Below the pieces are notes generated by a model. That model was not told the origin of the DNA. It saw only the letters and a list, made by a program, of their open reading frames with translations, and did no database searches. DNA of 64,000 bases, from contig CM119267.1 of assembly GCA_051294375.1 (NCBI GenBank), positions 1,879,368 to 1,943,367 on the forward strand, given 5' to 3'. This stretch comes from Paraspadella gotoi (lineage: Eukaryota; Animalia; Chaetognatha). The position numbers and the translations under genes were made by a program. This document shows, piece after piece, positions 39,674 to 52,900 of this stretch (its first letter is position 1; every line of letters starts with the position of its first letter).

Positions 39674-40793
39674 CAAAGAGAGAAAGAACAAAACGATAGG
39701 CGACATTTACTACGACGCGAAACATCCGGCAGGCTTTTCCACCGTATCCAGAGTATTTCAAGCTGCTCGTCGACGAGACCCATCCATCGTCAAGTCTGAC
39801 ATACAANNNNNNNNNNGCGCCCAAAGAGTATTTACTAATTATAAACGCCCCCCTAAAAAGCTATTCAGAAAATATTACGTTTTGAGACGAAATTCTGAAT
39901 TCAGCATCGATTTAGTCGACGTTCAAGCCTTGAAGACCCGTTCCAACGGGTTTGCCTACTTTTTATCTTGCGTAGATGCCTTTAGCAAATGGGGATGGTG
40001 TCGTCCGTTAAAAACAAAGACCGCTTCCGAAGTCGCTTCCGCTTTCGCTTCCATCATTGAAGACAATGGTTTTCAAGCCCCTGACTTGATAGTCATGGAT
40101 CGGGGCAGAGAGTGGAGCGGAAACTTTGCCAGATTGATGGAGGCGCTGGAGATCGAGGTCGTATACCCGCCCAGCGGAATGAAGGCTCCGTTGGTCGAAT
40201 CATTCAACTCGACCATAGAATCTTATCTTTACAGAGTCATGTACGCCATGTCCGACTGGAATTTCGTCAAGTATCTTCAACCCTGCGTCAGCGCCTACAA
40301 CGCTCGTCCTCGAGCGTCGCTTTTTGGAATGTCACCTGCCTCGGCCCATCGAGCCTCGAACGAGAACGAACTGAGAGAGAAGTATTTGAAAGCCCGTCTC
40401 GCCCATCGCGCTAAATACGCCGGCCGTCGCCCAATTTTTAAGGTCGGTCAGTCAGTCAAAAGAGTTTTGAAGCGGGGTCCATTTTCGCGAGGATACGCTC
40501 AACGTTTTCAGGATCAAATTTTTCGCATCTCTCGCGTACAGCGAACGGTGCCTCCAACGTATAAATTAGAAAACTCGCGAAAGACGTACTACGATCATCA
40601 GCTGGTCGCCGCCAAAGAACCTAATCGCCCTCGAGAAAAACGTTACTTTGTAATTAAAACGCGCAAAACCGACGGTAGAAAATTAAGGTCTGGAAATCGT
40701 TCCGGTCAGTCGACCAGCTACTTGGTCAGATCGAGCGACTCGGATCGCGGGCGTTGGATGAGTCAGGAAGATGTCGATCGCCTCGTTGACTGA
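39624..40793 (+). CDS. Polinton retroviral-type (RVE, DDE) integrase with C-terminal SH3/GPY-F-like and degenerate chromo-like region; true start probably near the N gap at 39648
   Basis: IYYDAKHPAGFS; FSIDLVDV (D1); SCVDAFSKWGWCRPLKTKTASEV; IVMDRGREW (D2); LVESFNSTI (E); FKVGQSV...FSRGY...PPTYKL; YLVR...RWMSQEDV. Confidence 0.93.
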   Translation: MSNKRKKLXXXXTSVSDKERKNKTIGDIYYDAKHPAGFSTVSRVFQAARRRDPSIVKSDIQXXXXAQRVFTNYKRPPKKLFRKYYVLRRNSEFSIDLVDVQALKTRSNGFAYFLSCVDAFSKWGWCRPLKTKTASEVASAFASIIEDNGFQAPDLIVMDRGREWSGNFARLMEALEIEVVYPPSGMKAPLVESFNSTIESYLYRVMYAMSDWNFVKYLQPCVSAYNARPRASLFGMSPASAHRASNENELREKYLKARLAHRAKYAGRRPIFKVGQSVKRVLKRGPFSRGYAQRFQDQIFRISRVQRTVPPTYKLENSRKTYYDHQLVAAKEPNRPREKRYFVIKTRKTDGRKLRSGNRSGQSTSYLVRSSDSDRGRWMSQEDVDRLVD

Positions 40794-41796
40794 TTCCGAC
40801 TTTTACGTCATGATGAGTAGCGACGGAGTCGATGACAGCTTCGTAGAGGGCAACGTCAGCGGAGATTTTCGTCTTCGTTTACCGGATCCCATTCAACTGG
40901 ACGGCGGAGTTTGGGAATGCGCCTTATTAGAATTCAGTTACATTAATCATATCTATAATGTACTCAACCCTGAGGAAAACTATATATTAATTTTCGACTG
41001 GCTTTACAAAATATCCGACGACCCGCCCATCCCAATTTGGGGAAATTTCACCTGGATTAAAATCCCTAATGGCAACTATCGAACCGGCGATCAACTCTGT
41101 CAAACTTTGAACAAATTATTGACAAAAGCGGTTCCTCGCCTCAACGACGTNNNNNNNNNNAATTCCATCAACAGAAAAATATCGTACAAGATCGCCAACG
41201 AGTACGTCACCTTAAAAATTGTCGGCCCCGTTCTCTTTCTCATGGGAGTTAACACGGAACCCGCGAATGAAAAATACTTCATAATTGGTAAAACGAAACG
41301 GGGTGATAAGTACGATTATCAATACGTCAACACCGACGGAAAGACGGTCAAGGAAATNNNNNNNNNNGACAATCCAAATGTCGTTTTAGTCAGCGCTAAT
41401 GACGACAAGGATGGGGAGATGGAGTTGGTGGTGCAAATGGAAATAAGCACGGCCCTGATGGTATATTGCAACTTCCTTCGACGTTGGAGAGTCAGCAATT
41501 CTTACAGCTCTTTATTGAAGATTGTGCCCCTAGAAAGACCCAAGGAAGAAGAAGCCCCATCTCGCAAACTGTTTCACATCAAATCGCCCATATATTTGGA
41601 AGTGGAAAGGAAGCACTTGGACGTCCTGCACATGTCCATCAAAAATTTCTTTGGTCAAACCATAGTTTTTCAAGTGAGTCTAGGCATTTTTTTTTCTATA
41701 AAAACTCAAAGTTATTAACTTTTTTTTTTATTTCAATCGCAGGAAGGATTGACTTGGGCCTTACTTCATTTCCGTCGAAAAATACCGAGATATTAA
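40771..41796 (+). CDS. Minor capsid/penton (single jelly-roll), 2 exons: 40771-41673, 41743-41796
   Basis: N-term DFYVMMSSD...NVSGDFRLRLPDPIQLDGGVWECALLEFSY; LMVYCN...SLLKIVP...PIYLEV; splicing out 41674-41742 (gtgagt...tcgcag) restores the typical C-terminus IVFQ|EGLTWALLHFRR. Confidence 0.88.
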
Positions 41797-41804
41797 AAAA
41801 AAAA

Positions 41805-42296
41805 ATGTCGGACATAAACTTTCTCCATTTACCGTTTCATCGATCCGCTCCCTCTAGAGGCGCCGTCTATCCTCTTCGTCGTCTGGCGCCTTCTCATCCG
41901 TATCAAGCGGTGGGCGGGGGAGTGTCGAACGTTTTCGCTCGTTTAGCTAAATTTATAGTACCGTTCTTTAAAAAGGGAGTATCTTTGGTCAAACCGGCTA
42001 TTAAAGCGGCCGCACCAGCGGTGAAAAAAACTTTGAAACGAACCGGCGACGCCTTAGCCAAGGAAGCCGTTTCTTCTGGCATTTCCGCCTTGACCGACTT
42101 AACGACCGGACAGTCGCCTAAGAAATCTATAAAGAGAGGAGCGGATCGCGCCAAGGGAGTGGTCAAGGATAATCCTAACCGCACCAAGCGTTCGACTGTC
42201 AGAAGGCCTTGTGACGGCGCACTCCACGCCTGCTTTGGAACAAGAGAGCCCGTCAATAATAAAAAAAAAAAAAATAAAAAAACAATACTTAATTAA
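41805..42296 (+). CDS. Basic virion protein with GG/GxG motif followed by an amphipathic helix (adenovirus pVI/pX-like analogue); 3' end probably frameshifted, may extend to ~42395
   Basis: YQAVGGGVSNVFARLAKFIVPFFKKG...KTLKRTGDALAKEAVSSG; typical Maverick position between penton and major capsid. Confidence 0.75.
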   Translation: MSDINFLHLPFHRSAPSRGAVYPLRRLAPSHPYQAVGGGVSNVFARLAKFIVPFFKKGVSLVKPAIKAAAPAVKKTLKRTGDALAKEAVSSGISALTDLTTGQSPKKSIKRGADRAKGVVKDNPNRTKRSTVRRPCDGALHACFGTREPVNNKKKKNKKTILN

Positions 42297-42405
42297 CCAA
42301 GGCAAGACGCTCTCTCAACAAGGGAAAAACGGCAAAGGATCAAGAAAAAAACGTAAAAAGATTTAACTCCTCGCTTCAAAAATATCCTTTATTAATAAAA
42401 AAAAG

Positions 42406-44100
42406 ATGGAAGATAAACTTTTTCGCGCGGGCAGGCATTAAGAGAGGCCGAGCCTTGCGTGGAAGAGCGCCCCTGAACGTCTTCGAAGGCGTCTCACTAA
42501 TCCATCCTTATACTTAACCTATCCCATACCACTCTCTGCTCTCCTGATCTGCGACACTAATCAGCATGCGATCGACATGCATCCTCACTGTCTACGTACT
42601 AACAAATCTAACGCCGTACTGTCAAGGGAATACGATGCGGTCTACCACATTACTAATTCACTGTACGAATCGCCGCAGCATCACACCTCCCGACTGCGCC
42701 CTAACAAGAAGCACCGGCCCTACAGTACGTCCCATCCCTCACTGTTTCACGGGCAACGAGGCCGTTGTATCACGAGAGCAGTCCCTATCACGCGTTAGTT
42801 TCTGCGACCAATTCGCTGTGACATCGCCGAACAGCAATACCATTCTTGTTCGATCTTCCTCCCTGCAGCGAGTTTTCTAGATATGAACGGATCTTTTTTT
42901 CATCGTCGATCTCTCGATAACTACAAGGCCGGATGCGCAAATTCCGCGAAGTAACAGACGCCGCCACTAGCGTTGGCTATAATCAATAACGTTTTCTTCT
43001 TCGATCTTTGAAAGCGTGACCTTTAAAATACAATTCCAGAAAACCTGAGCGATAATTTTCACCTACGCCTTTTCCTCATACTTCAACACGGCTTCTCAAT
43101 TAACTCGTGCGGAGGCTCAAGCTAAGTTATCCGTCGGGATGGGATCTGGACGACAATTTTCGCGGCGAACGAAGCTGCAGGCCGCCGGCAACAAATTCCG
43201 CCTTCAAGACACGCTCTCAATGGTTTGGCCGCGAAATTTGGTCAGGTTGATCGGATTCGTCAATCACGCGGCATGTGGAATCAAAATAAATTACTGGGAT
43301 TCCGCAAGTCAACGCCTCTCTCGACGTTTGTTCGTAACAAAGATAATTTTGTGTCTACTTAACGCGGGGCGACCACCCTCGGACTTTAAGTTGAATCTGA
43401 AACAAATGAGGCTCTACTGAGAAAAGTTGGTGTTTACCTTCGATCAATTGAGTATTCGAACGCCGAACTCGCCACTCAGAGCCGCCAAGTATACGTTGCG
43501 ATCTAACTCGACTCGCGCATTACCATAGCGGCGGTCGATGAGAAGACGGCGCCAGTTCGAATCGGTTTTCCCCTTCCAACATTTTTCCAGATTTCATACT
43601 CTGTTGCTTCATCGAGACCGAAAACTACCATCGGAAGCTTTCGCTAAAAATCCTTTAATTTTGAAAACTTTTCCTTCAATCTCTCGAAGCTGGTCGTCGA
43701 GTCGGAAATCTACCTCCAATTGGCATTTGGCATAGTCGTTGAGTTTCTCCAAGACCTCCAAGGAGAGAGGACTTCGCCCTCGCCTATTACCATCTTTTCG
43801 AGTCGGACCTTTCTAAAATTGAACGTGGTTTGCCCATAACTCAAAAGATGTTCGCCGACGGGGGGTACGCCATATACGTCATGTCCAACGTCCGGTAAAC
43901 GGACCGTTTCGCCGATCACCGTGCTCCCCGACAGATCGTCAATTCGCGGATCGAGGTTGTTGATGTTTCTTCGGCCGATACACTAATCAGCTTGCCCCGC
44001 TCTCTGCTATCTACATGGTAAAGCCCTATTCTCACAGACATACAAAAGCTTGACCCTCCTTCTTGTTCAGCGAGATAAGCGGCACGTATTTCGCTGGATT
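42406..44100 (+). pseudogene. Major capsid protein (double jelly-roll, hexon-like); heavily frameshifted in this assembly
   Basis: Fragments in changing frames: PLNVFEG (~42471), LAIINN..SIFESVTFKI (~42970-43030), FTYAFSSYFNT (~43057), NIFPDFILCCF (~43577), EAFAKNPLILK (~43635). These resemble the Polinton MCP motifs NNxLHSLF, YPYRAYIE, LPxxIIIGFV and KNPFNF. Confidence 0.72.
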
Positions 44101-44137
44101 CACGCGTCAGGCTCACCAAAGACTTTTAAAAAAAAAA

Positions 44138-44700
44138 ATGGATTCGAGTCGGATGAATAAAATTGACCGCAGTCGGATCCTCTACGGTAGCGCAATCTAC
44201 GGTGGCATTTTTGCGCCTCTATACTACTCCCCCCCTCAGTCGAACCGTCGATCGTCTTTACGAATTTGGACCCCGATTAAATTTGAGGCTCGCATTGGCT
44301 TATTGTTTGCAATGCCGACGAGCATAGATACTTCGTCATGGACGCTTCGGGCGATTCGCGCGATCGATTTAAACCCCCCCCCTTATCTTTCGCCGATCGA
44401 ATAAAAAACCATAGTTTATTCCAACGTGGGTCATTCAGTCGGAACAAACTCAAACTTGCTTCGCTCATTGTCTTGGTCTTTTTACTCTTTCTGGCTAGAG
44501 GGATGTCGGCCGAGAGGGATCGTCGAGGAGGTCTACGATTTATCCCCGGGTCACGGATACCATGGAACACGATTTTAATCGCCACTCTACTGAATCAGAT
44601 CGTTTGGACGCCGAAGACGGACGAATCGTGCCATTTTTCGCCCGCCCCAATAATTACTAGTAAAGACTATAAAGCAAAGACATGTCGATCGAAGAGATAA
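44138..44700 (+). pseudogene. Adenain-like cysteine maturation protease; frameshifted
   Basis: YGGIFA, NLDP, GSHWLIV (His, 44287-44307), YFVMDASG (Asp), QSEQTQTCFAHCL (Gln/Cys, 44436-44474); directly after the MCP. Confidence 0.75.
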
Positions 44701-46907
44701 ATAAATAAAAAAATGGCTAAAAGCAAAGAAAGGTGGAGCAGCGACGGGCGTCGTAATAAAAGGACGCAATTTTTGGTGGAAAAAAGAAAAAAATGCGGAA
44801 AAAAGGAAAAAAATGCAAACTGCGGAAGACGCAAGCAAGAGGGCCAAAAAAAAAATGTCACGGAATTACGCAATGACAATATGTCTAGACTAGACTTGTA
44901 CAAAAAAAACTTGATTGAGATTTTGAACATTAAAACGTTACTCACCGATATTTCTCTCTCTCTCTCTCTCTCTGTCTTCGATGATGACGATGATTAGATT
45001 TTGGAGGGACAGCGACGGGATGCGAAGCTTCTATTCTTTCTTTATCTTTAACTTAACTGTTAAAAAAAAGGGAGAGAGAAAAAAAAATAAAATTCATCAA
45101 AAAAAAAATGGTCTAAACTGCGGGGCGCTGAGTGAGCGCCGATCTCGATTGAGCGAAAGAGAGAGATATCGCTTCATCGAAAACTTTTTTCCATTTCTCT
45201 CTCTCTCTCTCTCCCCCCCTTTTTTTTTTCTTACCCATTATCTAAACCAAACATCGCCGTCGCCTCTCACAATATCGCGGCGACATTAAAAAAAAAAATA
45301 AATCGGCGGCAAATTTTTTTTTTTAAAATTTCGATAGTATATTTTACCGATCACATCGATATATCTCTCTCACTTCAATCTCCGAGAGACGACGCCTTTC
45401 TACCATCGGCAAAAAAAAAAAAAAGGAAAAAAATGTCCTCAATTTTTTTCGTTTTCCGTCGGTGAGAGGATATCGATTTCGTGCCACTCAAATCTAGAGG
45501 ACCATCTCCGTTCAAAATTAAAGAAAAACGGATTAAATTGGAAAACGATCCTCATAAGAGCCATTTGGCTAAAGCAGTGGGGAATGGCGGGCTCTTAGGT
45601 CGAACGCTTACCATTTGCTGACGAGGCGAACTTCGCTTACCTCGAGAATCGACTAATAAATGATGGGGGTCCAGAACATTTCGCGGAGTCGAGCCACGGT
45701 TTAAGCATTACTAAGCGATAGATGAGGCGATAATAGTCGCTCTGTTCCGAAACGATTCCAAATGGTGCGACTATCTGCCGAGAGTGGCGGTGGAACGAGC
45801 TTCGCGTTTGTAGATGCAAACGACGGCAAGGGGCGTTTCCCCAATCTCCGTGCACCACGGGACGCCCCTGGAAAATCGGACAACGGGTGCCCCATAACGG
45901 TGGTCCTTCGGTTCCTGGAGCCAGAAATTTTCGTACATTGAGGTTAGTTTTTTTTTTTTTTCTCTCATATATATTTTTTTTTAAAAATAAACCAAAAACC
46001 TTTTTAACTCGCCTTTTATGTCTCTTCGTCTCTCTCTCTCTCTATTTTTTTTTCTATTCAGCATTTTATCTCATCAAACCGTCACGGCCTGCTCTCCTGA
46101 GGACTCGAACCGTCTGCTTGACGATTGAATCAGGAGTCGCCGGCGAGAGAAGAGATGAGCCGATCCTGGGAGAATTCGTCTCGGCGTTTTGCCGGGTTCC
46201 GGGTTCGGGGAGAGGCCTAAATCTCTCCTGATAAACGCCGCGATCAATTCGAACCGCGGCGGTCGGGCGTCCTTCCGACGCCGGCTCTTCCTCGGAAACT
46301 TTCCTTCGTGGTCGAGCGGGTGATGGAGTGTACGAAGAAGAAAAGTCAGTAAGCGCCAAGAATAGAAATCGTGGCTGTCACCTCTCTGTCTTCTTTGTCT
46401 TTTCTTCCTCCACCTATTATCCTCCTCCCTTTCCTACTCCTCTCCCATCTTATTCAACTCCTCGCTCGCTCCTCTCCTCCCCCTCCCTCCTCCTCCTAAC
46501 CATTCTACCGGCACCGACGAAAAGGCCAAGGGGATCGAAGAGAAAGGACCGTCCGTCGACAGAGCCGACCTATGACGAGCGACGACGGCACGACGACAGC
46601 CACTCAGAAGGAGAGGAGAAGAAACAACGGAGGGAAAAAGAAGACAAAAAAAAACGAAGAAGAAAAAACGAGAAGAAGAAGGAAGAAGTGGCCAATGTTA
46701 TTGCGATCAACTTTGAATCTGTTTAAAACGATATATCTTTTTGAAATCTGTTTAAAACATATCATTTTTCTCTATCTCTTTCGCTGTCTAACTTTAATAG
46801 ATCTTCTCTCTCTCTTCCTCTCTCTTATCTCTTTTGGTGCGAAACGAAAAAAATAATTTTTATAATAACAATTTAATTAATGTACAATACAATACATTAA
46901 TTTAATG

Positions 46908-49900
46908 TTATAATTTCCTTTTTTCTTCTTTTTTTTCTCGAACAATGAGCTGCCCCAACGATCCCGGGCGCGATAATCGGCGCCAGAGCCAGGGACCCGC
47001 AAATTTAGACAGCCAGAATCTCTTTGTCGTCCGAAGCGGCGGCACGCTCTTGTTCTTGAACGAGGCGTTTTGGAGGTAAATTTTCAGATCCTGTGTTGAG
47101 CTGCCTCTGAGTCCCGTTCTTGACGGGAACGAGAGTTTTTCAAGGAATTCTAAAGATATCGTGATTCAGTTGGGTTTTTTGATCGTGGCTCGGCATGTCT
47201 CCCTTGGCCCGAAATCTCTTGCGCTCGTCTTCGACTTTGCGTGCCGCGCAAAAGCGCGCACGCAAGTCCTCTCGGCGCGCGCACGCTTTGCGTGCCGCAG
47301 GGGGGGATCGCACCTCTCGCTGCAGCGGCTTGTTCAGCCTGCGCAGCGGTGAGTCGCCGCGGCTTGGTCAGCCCGCGGCTAATGTTTTCCGGAGGAAGAA
47401 GATTCGCGTTTCTTCTTCTCTCTTCTTCTCTCTTTCTTCTTCTTCTTCTTTAGCCTCGGAGTCGGAGGATGCATGACTGAAGTCACTGACGTCGAGAAGA
47501 AAAGTTTTTCGGTCTCCAAATTGGCGCATTTTTCAAGAAAGTCGTCGCCAATCGGCATTCGCCGATCGAAACTCGAGGGGTCGAGGAGGCGAGGAGAGGG
47601 AAGCAACTGCCCCGAACGTACGTGATACGACTCTATATCTCCGCGCCACCGTCTCTGCGCCCGGGAGGAGGTCGGAGGTAAAATCGTCCTCGGTCGTCTC
47701 GTCATCAGTCGTCGTGCTTTTAGCGTCGGCCTGATCTCAGGGGGCGGGTTGGACCGGCTCGTCGAGCACGGAAACGGCGTAAATTTCGGGCAGCAATGTT
47801 ACAAGCTGCTAATTTATCGTCTGCTTTCCGCCAATGTTCGTCTACGAAAGAGAGAAAGAGAAAGAAAGAGAGAGGATTGAGGAGGAGAAAAAGTTGTTGT
47901 AAAACAAGTTAAAAATGAAAATGCGAAAGAAGAAAAAGAAGAGAGAGAGCAGAGAGAGAGAAAAAGTTACTTTTGAAAAAACACGACCCTGGCTTCGGAT
48001 TTCTCTCTCTGTAAGCCAAAAGAATCGAACGCTTTTCGCAGGCGGCGTTGTTGACAAAGACGAGGATGCTCCAAGGGATATACGCTGGTGTCCAACATTC
48101 CGACCACTTGCCGAGGATCTCGCCAAAGTTGGATCGTTGCGCGTCTCCTTTGGCGATACTCAATGACAACAAACCGCCGTCCGTGGTCCGTGCGAACGAA
48201 ACGACCTCGGGTCTCCCCTCGCAATCCGGAAACACCCTCTTGACGCCTTCGCCCCCCCATAGGTAAAATCTGCCATCAGCAGCTTGCTAGCGTCCAATAT
48301 GGCGACGCCACCGAATGATCGGCGAGAAGTTTTGCCTTGACTCGCGCCAACTTGACGACTGGCCAAATTCGGCGAAACGACGTTGAACCGAGTGAAAGTC
48401 TACTCTGGACGACCAGCTTGGGAGAGGTCGTCGGTGAACTCCGGACGCAGCTTGACGGTTTGACAAAGAGCCAAGCGATTCATTATCGGTATCGATCCTG
48501 CGGGCGATGACGATCGGTTAGTTACATTATTAATTATTAGCTTTAATTATTAACTATTAGTTTAATGTATTAATTTATTAGTTAATTATTAATCTAAATT
48601 ATCTAATTAATTAGTTAATTAAAATTCCTAACTCCGAAACAGGAATTGCACACACACTTGAGAAGCGTCTTTCATGAAGGAAGTTTTCGCCAGTCTTTCT
48701 CTCGCGGCGTGGGAAATGAATCGCACGAAATCCTTCTATTAAAACGGGCTTTTCTGTCTGTACATTCGATCGCCGCAATGAAAGGGTCGCTGAGTTCCGA
48801 CCAAACGACAGGGCGAAAGCGAGACTCTCTCTAGTCAAAAAGTATCTCTCTATGTCCAGTCAAGCAGGCTATCAACTTTTCCGTTCAACGCCCACTCTGT
48901 GAATTCGTACTTTCGTAGCCAGGGAGACGACTAACGGACTGAGTCTCGGAGTGCGAAGCTCTCTTTCTTCGGGGAGAATTGGGAAAGTCTTTTCATGGCG
49001 TGATGAAGATTGCTCCGGAGGGTTGCGCAGATCGACTTCGAGAATCAAGCCTTCGCCATCTTTCGTCCCGACGCGTGCACATTGCGCGCCAATTTCCGGG
49101 CCGTACAACTCGCTTCGAATCTCTTTACCAAACGATCATTGGACACGAAGCGTAACCGGGCGTTAAGGTAAGGCCAACCGCGGACAACTGGCGTACCGTA
49201 ATAAACGAACAGGATGTGAATAAAATTTGTTTTTTTTTTTTGCCCCGCTCTTTTTTATTCCCCATTCTATTCTTACAGATTGTATGCGCGTCCACGTGAA
49301 CGATCAAACGCGTCGCCGAAAATTCTGGGGATCGTCGTCGTTGCTTAGCCGGATTCGTTCGGACGACACCGGAAAAAAAATCGTGAGTTGAACGGGGAAA
49401 CGAACCCTCCCCCTATAAAGGACGCAGAGATATGTTAATTATCATTAGATTTTTTTTTTTTTTTTTTTTGGGTTTGTTAATTTATCTCTTCTACCTGAGC
49501 CATGGGATTCGAAGGCTAAAAAATTCTTGACGAGTTTTTTAAGTAGAAAATGAAGCTTCTATTTCCCAGAGAATTGAAAGCATGATGTCTTGAACTGAGA
49601 GAGACGCAGAAAATAAATATAAATAAATAAATACATAAATATCTCTTTCTCTTATCTTTCCTCATCTTAATCGCCAGCTTCCGCTGACGTAATAGGCTGC
49701 GGTTCGAGATTGAAAGTTTTGTCTGTCATCACACCTGCTAGTTCGAAACTATATCACAGAGAAATAGAGAATCCAGTTCTATAAAAAATAGAAATAAATA
49801 AAATTGCGCCCCTCTTATTTCTTAATGAATTTATATATATATATATTCTCACGTGTAAATAACAGATATTCGCCAGAGTGTCGAAGCGACGAAGGCGCTC

Positions 49901-52900
49901 CCAGATCCTCAATTATCTCGAGTATTCCTCTTCGGATATCAATCGCTGCCGCCATCTTCGTTCGAAATTATTTCTCTCTTCGGTGCGGGTCGCGAAAAGG
50001 CGAGGTATCGTTTCAAAACGTCTCGAGACTGATGTAATTGAAGGGCCATGGTCATCTTGAACGCATGACAGGTCCGATCAGACTCTCGCGCCTGAAAAGG
50101 AATCGATTGACGTGAGCGTTAAGTCATGCGGAAACTATGATCGCGGGTGGACTCTTGCCTCGACAAGTTGCGCCAAACCTCTCCTCTCGACGCGCCGCAA
50201 ATGAACAATGTATTTTGAAGCATTCTTTCGCCCGCGAATCCACGATATTTTCCCAGGGATCTGTTATCAAAAATTGTAAGAGTCCGGATGGTCAAGTAGC
50301 GATTTTTGTGGCAATCGCAACGAAAAAACCTCAAGCCTCTTTCGCCCTCATCATCCGTCTCTATTTTCGTCGTCGTCGTCGTCGTCGTCGTCGTTTCATC
50401 GTCGTCTTCGTCTTCTCGTCCCTCGTCGTCGACGCGCCTTCCGTTCTCGTACCACTCGATCGGTAACAATGATCGCACAAAAAAGTTGATGTCCAGCGGG
50501 TGTGAAAGGCGTTGCCCTTGGCCAATTACGTTGCCGATGTTTCTAGACCATCTTTGTTGGCTCCCACGCGCAGGCTTGAGAATGAGATTTGGGTCAAACC
50601 TTTCCGGCGCCTGATTAAAAAAAAAATTTTGTAAAGATGAGTCGAAAGATGAAAACGGCAATGCTTTCTTACTTTTGATGGAAAGCTACATTATCCATTT
50701 GCCCGATGATTGGTTTTTTGCGCGTTACAAAATCAGTAATGTGCTTTGAAACGTATGACTCCGAGCGATGATCGTGATGTCGCGTAACCTTTTCACCCTC
50801 CAGATTTCTCTTTTTGCCATGAAGAAGACCAAAAATCGGACCAGCTCAAGTTGAATGTCGATTCGGCTCTTCGTTCATCACCCATTGGGAAGTTCTGTCG
50901 CAACAAAGCGCGATGATGATCGGAGTCCAGGCGCGGCCCGTTGAAGGAAGCGAAGACCCGGCGTTCGTCTCCCACGTATTTTCTCACGGGAAAGTCGTCC
51001 GAGGGTAGGGAAGATTTAATCTTATCGGCGAAGCTGATGCCGATAACTTGGTCCGATATTTCTTTCGCATCCTTGATCCTTGTTTACCAAGGATGATATT
51101 TGTTTGGCAATTTGAGCAACTATCTTAGCGTGAAGACTTTTCATGAGGACAGGAAATCTTATCCAAGACAATCGGCCTCATCGCTCTTCATTTCTTTTAT
51201 CTCCCTCTTCTCTAGGAACCGTGTGAACTGGACAGACATCTCGTCCTCAATATCGACGCGTAGGCCGACAGTAAGCTCAACTCGGCGTGAAAAAAATTTT
51301 CCTGCGCGTCATAATGCCAACATTAAGTTCCTTCCGGTGATTAAGTTTCTAATTGGGCCGTCGCCGTACTTCTCGCCCGCCCATAAACGGAGTGAGCCGA
51401 AAACGTCGACGACTAAAGCGTGCTAAAGCAGGGACACTTTGATGCACAACGAACGACTTCCGTGCGATATTACCAAGACTGCGAAGAAGTAGTCGAGAAA
51501 GGTTGGTTATAGAAACCAGATGTCGTTCGCTATACTTGAAACGTTGTATCTTACATGCTCGATTCTTTTTTTAATTATTAAAAGATTACAAACTTTTAAT
51601 ATCCATTGGAACAGATTCGTTCTTATATAGAGACTTCTGCTACGGTATATATATTCTTTCTAATCCTTTAATCCCCACCTTCTTTTTAAAAATTGCATAA
51701 ACGTTGATGCATAAATCGAGATTGAGTCTCTCGACGTGCGCAAAGGTGTTGGGCGTGGCCGGACAAGGTACTTGTTCTAAATTAATTCTATGCTGATATT
51801 TTCTGTAACTACTTTCTAATTCAGGGTGACTGCGAGGTTTATACAGGCATGCCAGAAGAGCCAACTTCAAGCATATGGGGCTGCGCGATTTCACATTTAC
51901 GACACATTTTTTATGAAGTAACCATTTAGGGGTAGGGAAGTGATGACCAAAAAGAGTCGTCTTTCCAGAATTTGGATAAAAACCCGCCAAGGTCAAGTCG
52001 GCTCGCTCAATTTTTGAATAGGAAATGTTAGACCCCATTTCGACTCTGTCGGATATTTGATTATACAGTTTAGCCAACATGGTCGATAAGATTTTCATGA
52101 TGCTGTCGCTCTCGTATATCACGACGCTTCTTTGATCGAAAAAGAAAGAAATGTAGTTGTCGTCTCTTTCGTTATAAAACTTGACGGAAAAGCATAAATG
52201 AATCTTTTAAAATCTTTCTCTTTTTCAGTTCTTTCTTTATTATCGGTAAAATTTCTTTCTTCAAGTGTCTAGTCTCTATCTCGTATGTTTCTGTGGCGAG
52301 AGAGGCACGAGTGAGAGAGAGAGAGAGAGCCACTGTGTGATAGAGAGAGAGAATGGTGAGACATGAGTTGGAACAAAAACTCCAGACGACGAGGACCAAG
52401 GAGATGAAAAGGAGGAAAGGAAGAGGAAGAGGAGGAGAAAGAAAATAGAAAAAGGAAAAGGAAAAAAGAAAAACAAAGGGAAAAGAAGGTTGAGATTAAA
52501 TGACAGACGGGAGAGGAAAGGAAAAGAAATAGCATTTTTAACGATTTTTATTATTTCCCACACTCCGCGAGAGATCGATCCAAGGTACACCAATATACTT
52601 CAGAATCTATCGTCATCCGAATAGCCTCATATGGCTATTAATATCCTGTCACCATTCCATCGCACGTTCCTAAGCAGAGAATACTTGAAGACGGAACCTC
52701 ATCCTAGTCTATTCATCTCTCTGACTGCGTCTAAATTTCTTCTAGAATTAGTCTATCGTCCCATACGTCAAATCGTTCGACCTCAGAAGACGTATCTTTA
52801 TCGTGGTTCTCCCTAGAGACATAGCTCGCCTCACCGGACCTCTTTCTCTCTCCCAGTACTCACTTCGGCAGGTCTCTCTCGATCGTGACACTGCTGAGCC

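Noticed and set aside
38660-39783. Antisense ORFs 38660..39265 and 39346..39783 (also 62514..63466 on +)
   Set aside because: Shadow frames of real genes on the opposite strand.
51955-51975. NSGKTT in ORF 51640..52122 as a Walker A
   Set aside because: Lacks the first Gly of GxxxxGKT and lies in the PolB N-terminal region at the position of the usual PLxGSSY motif.
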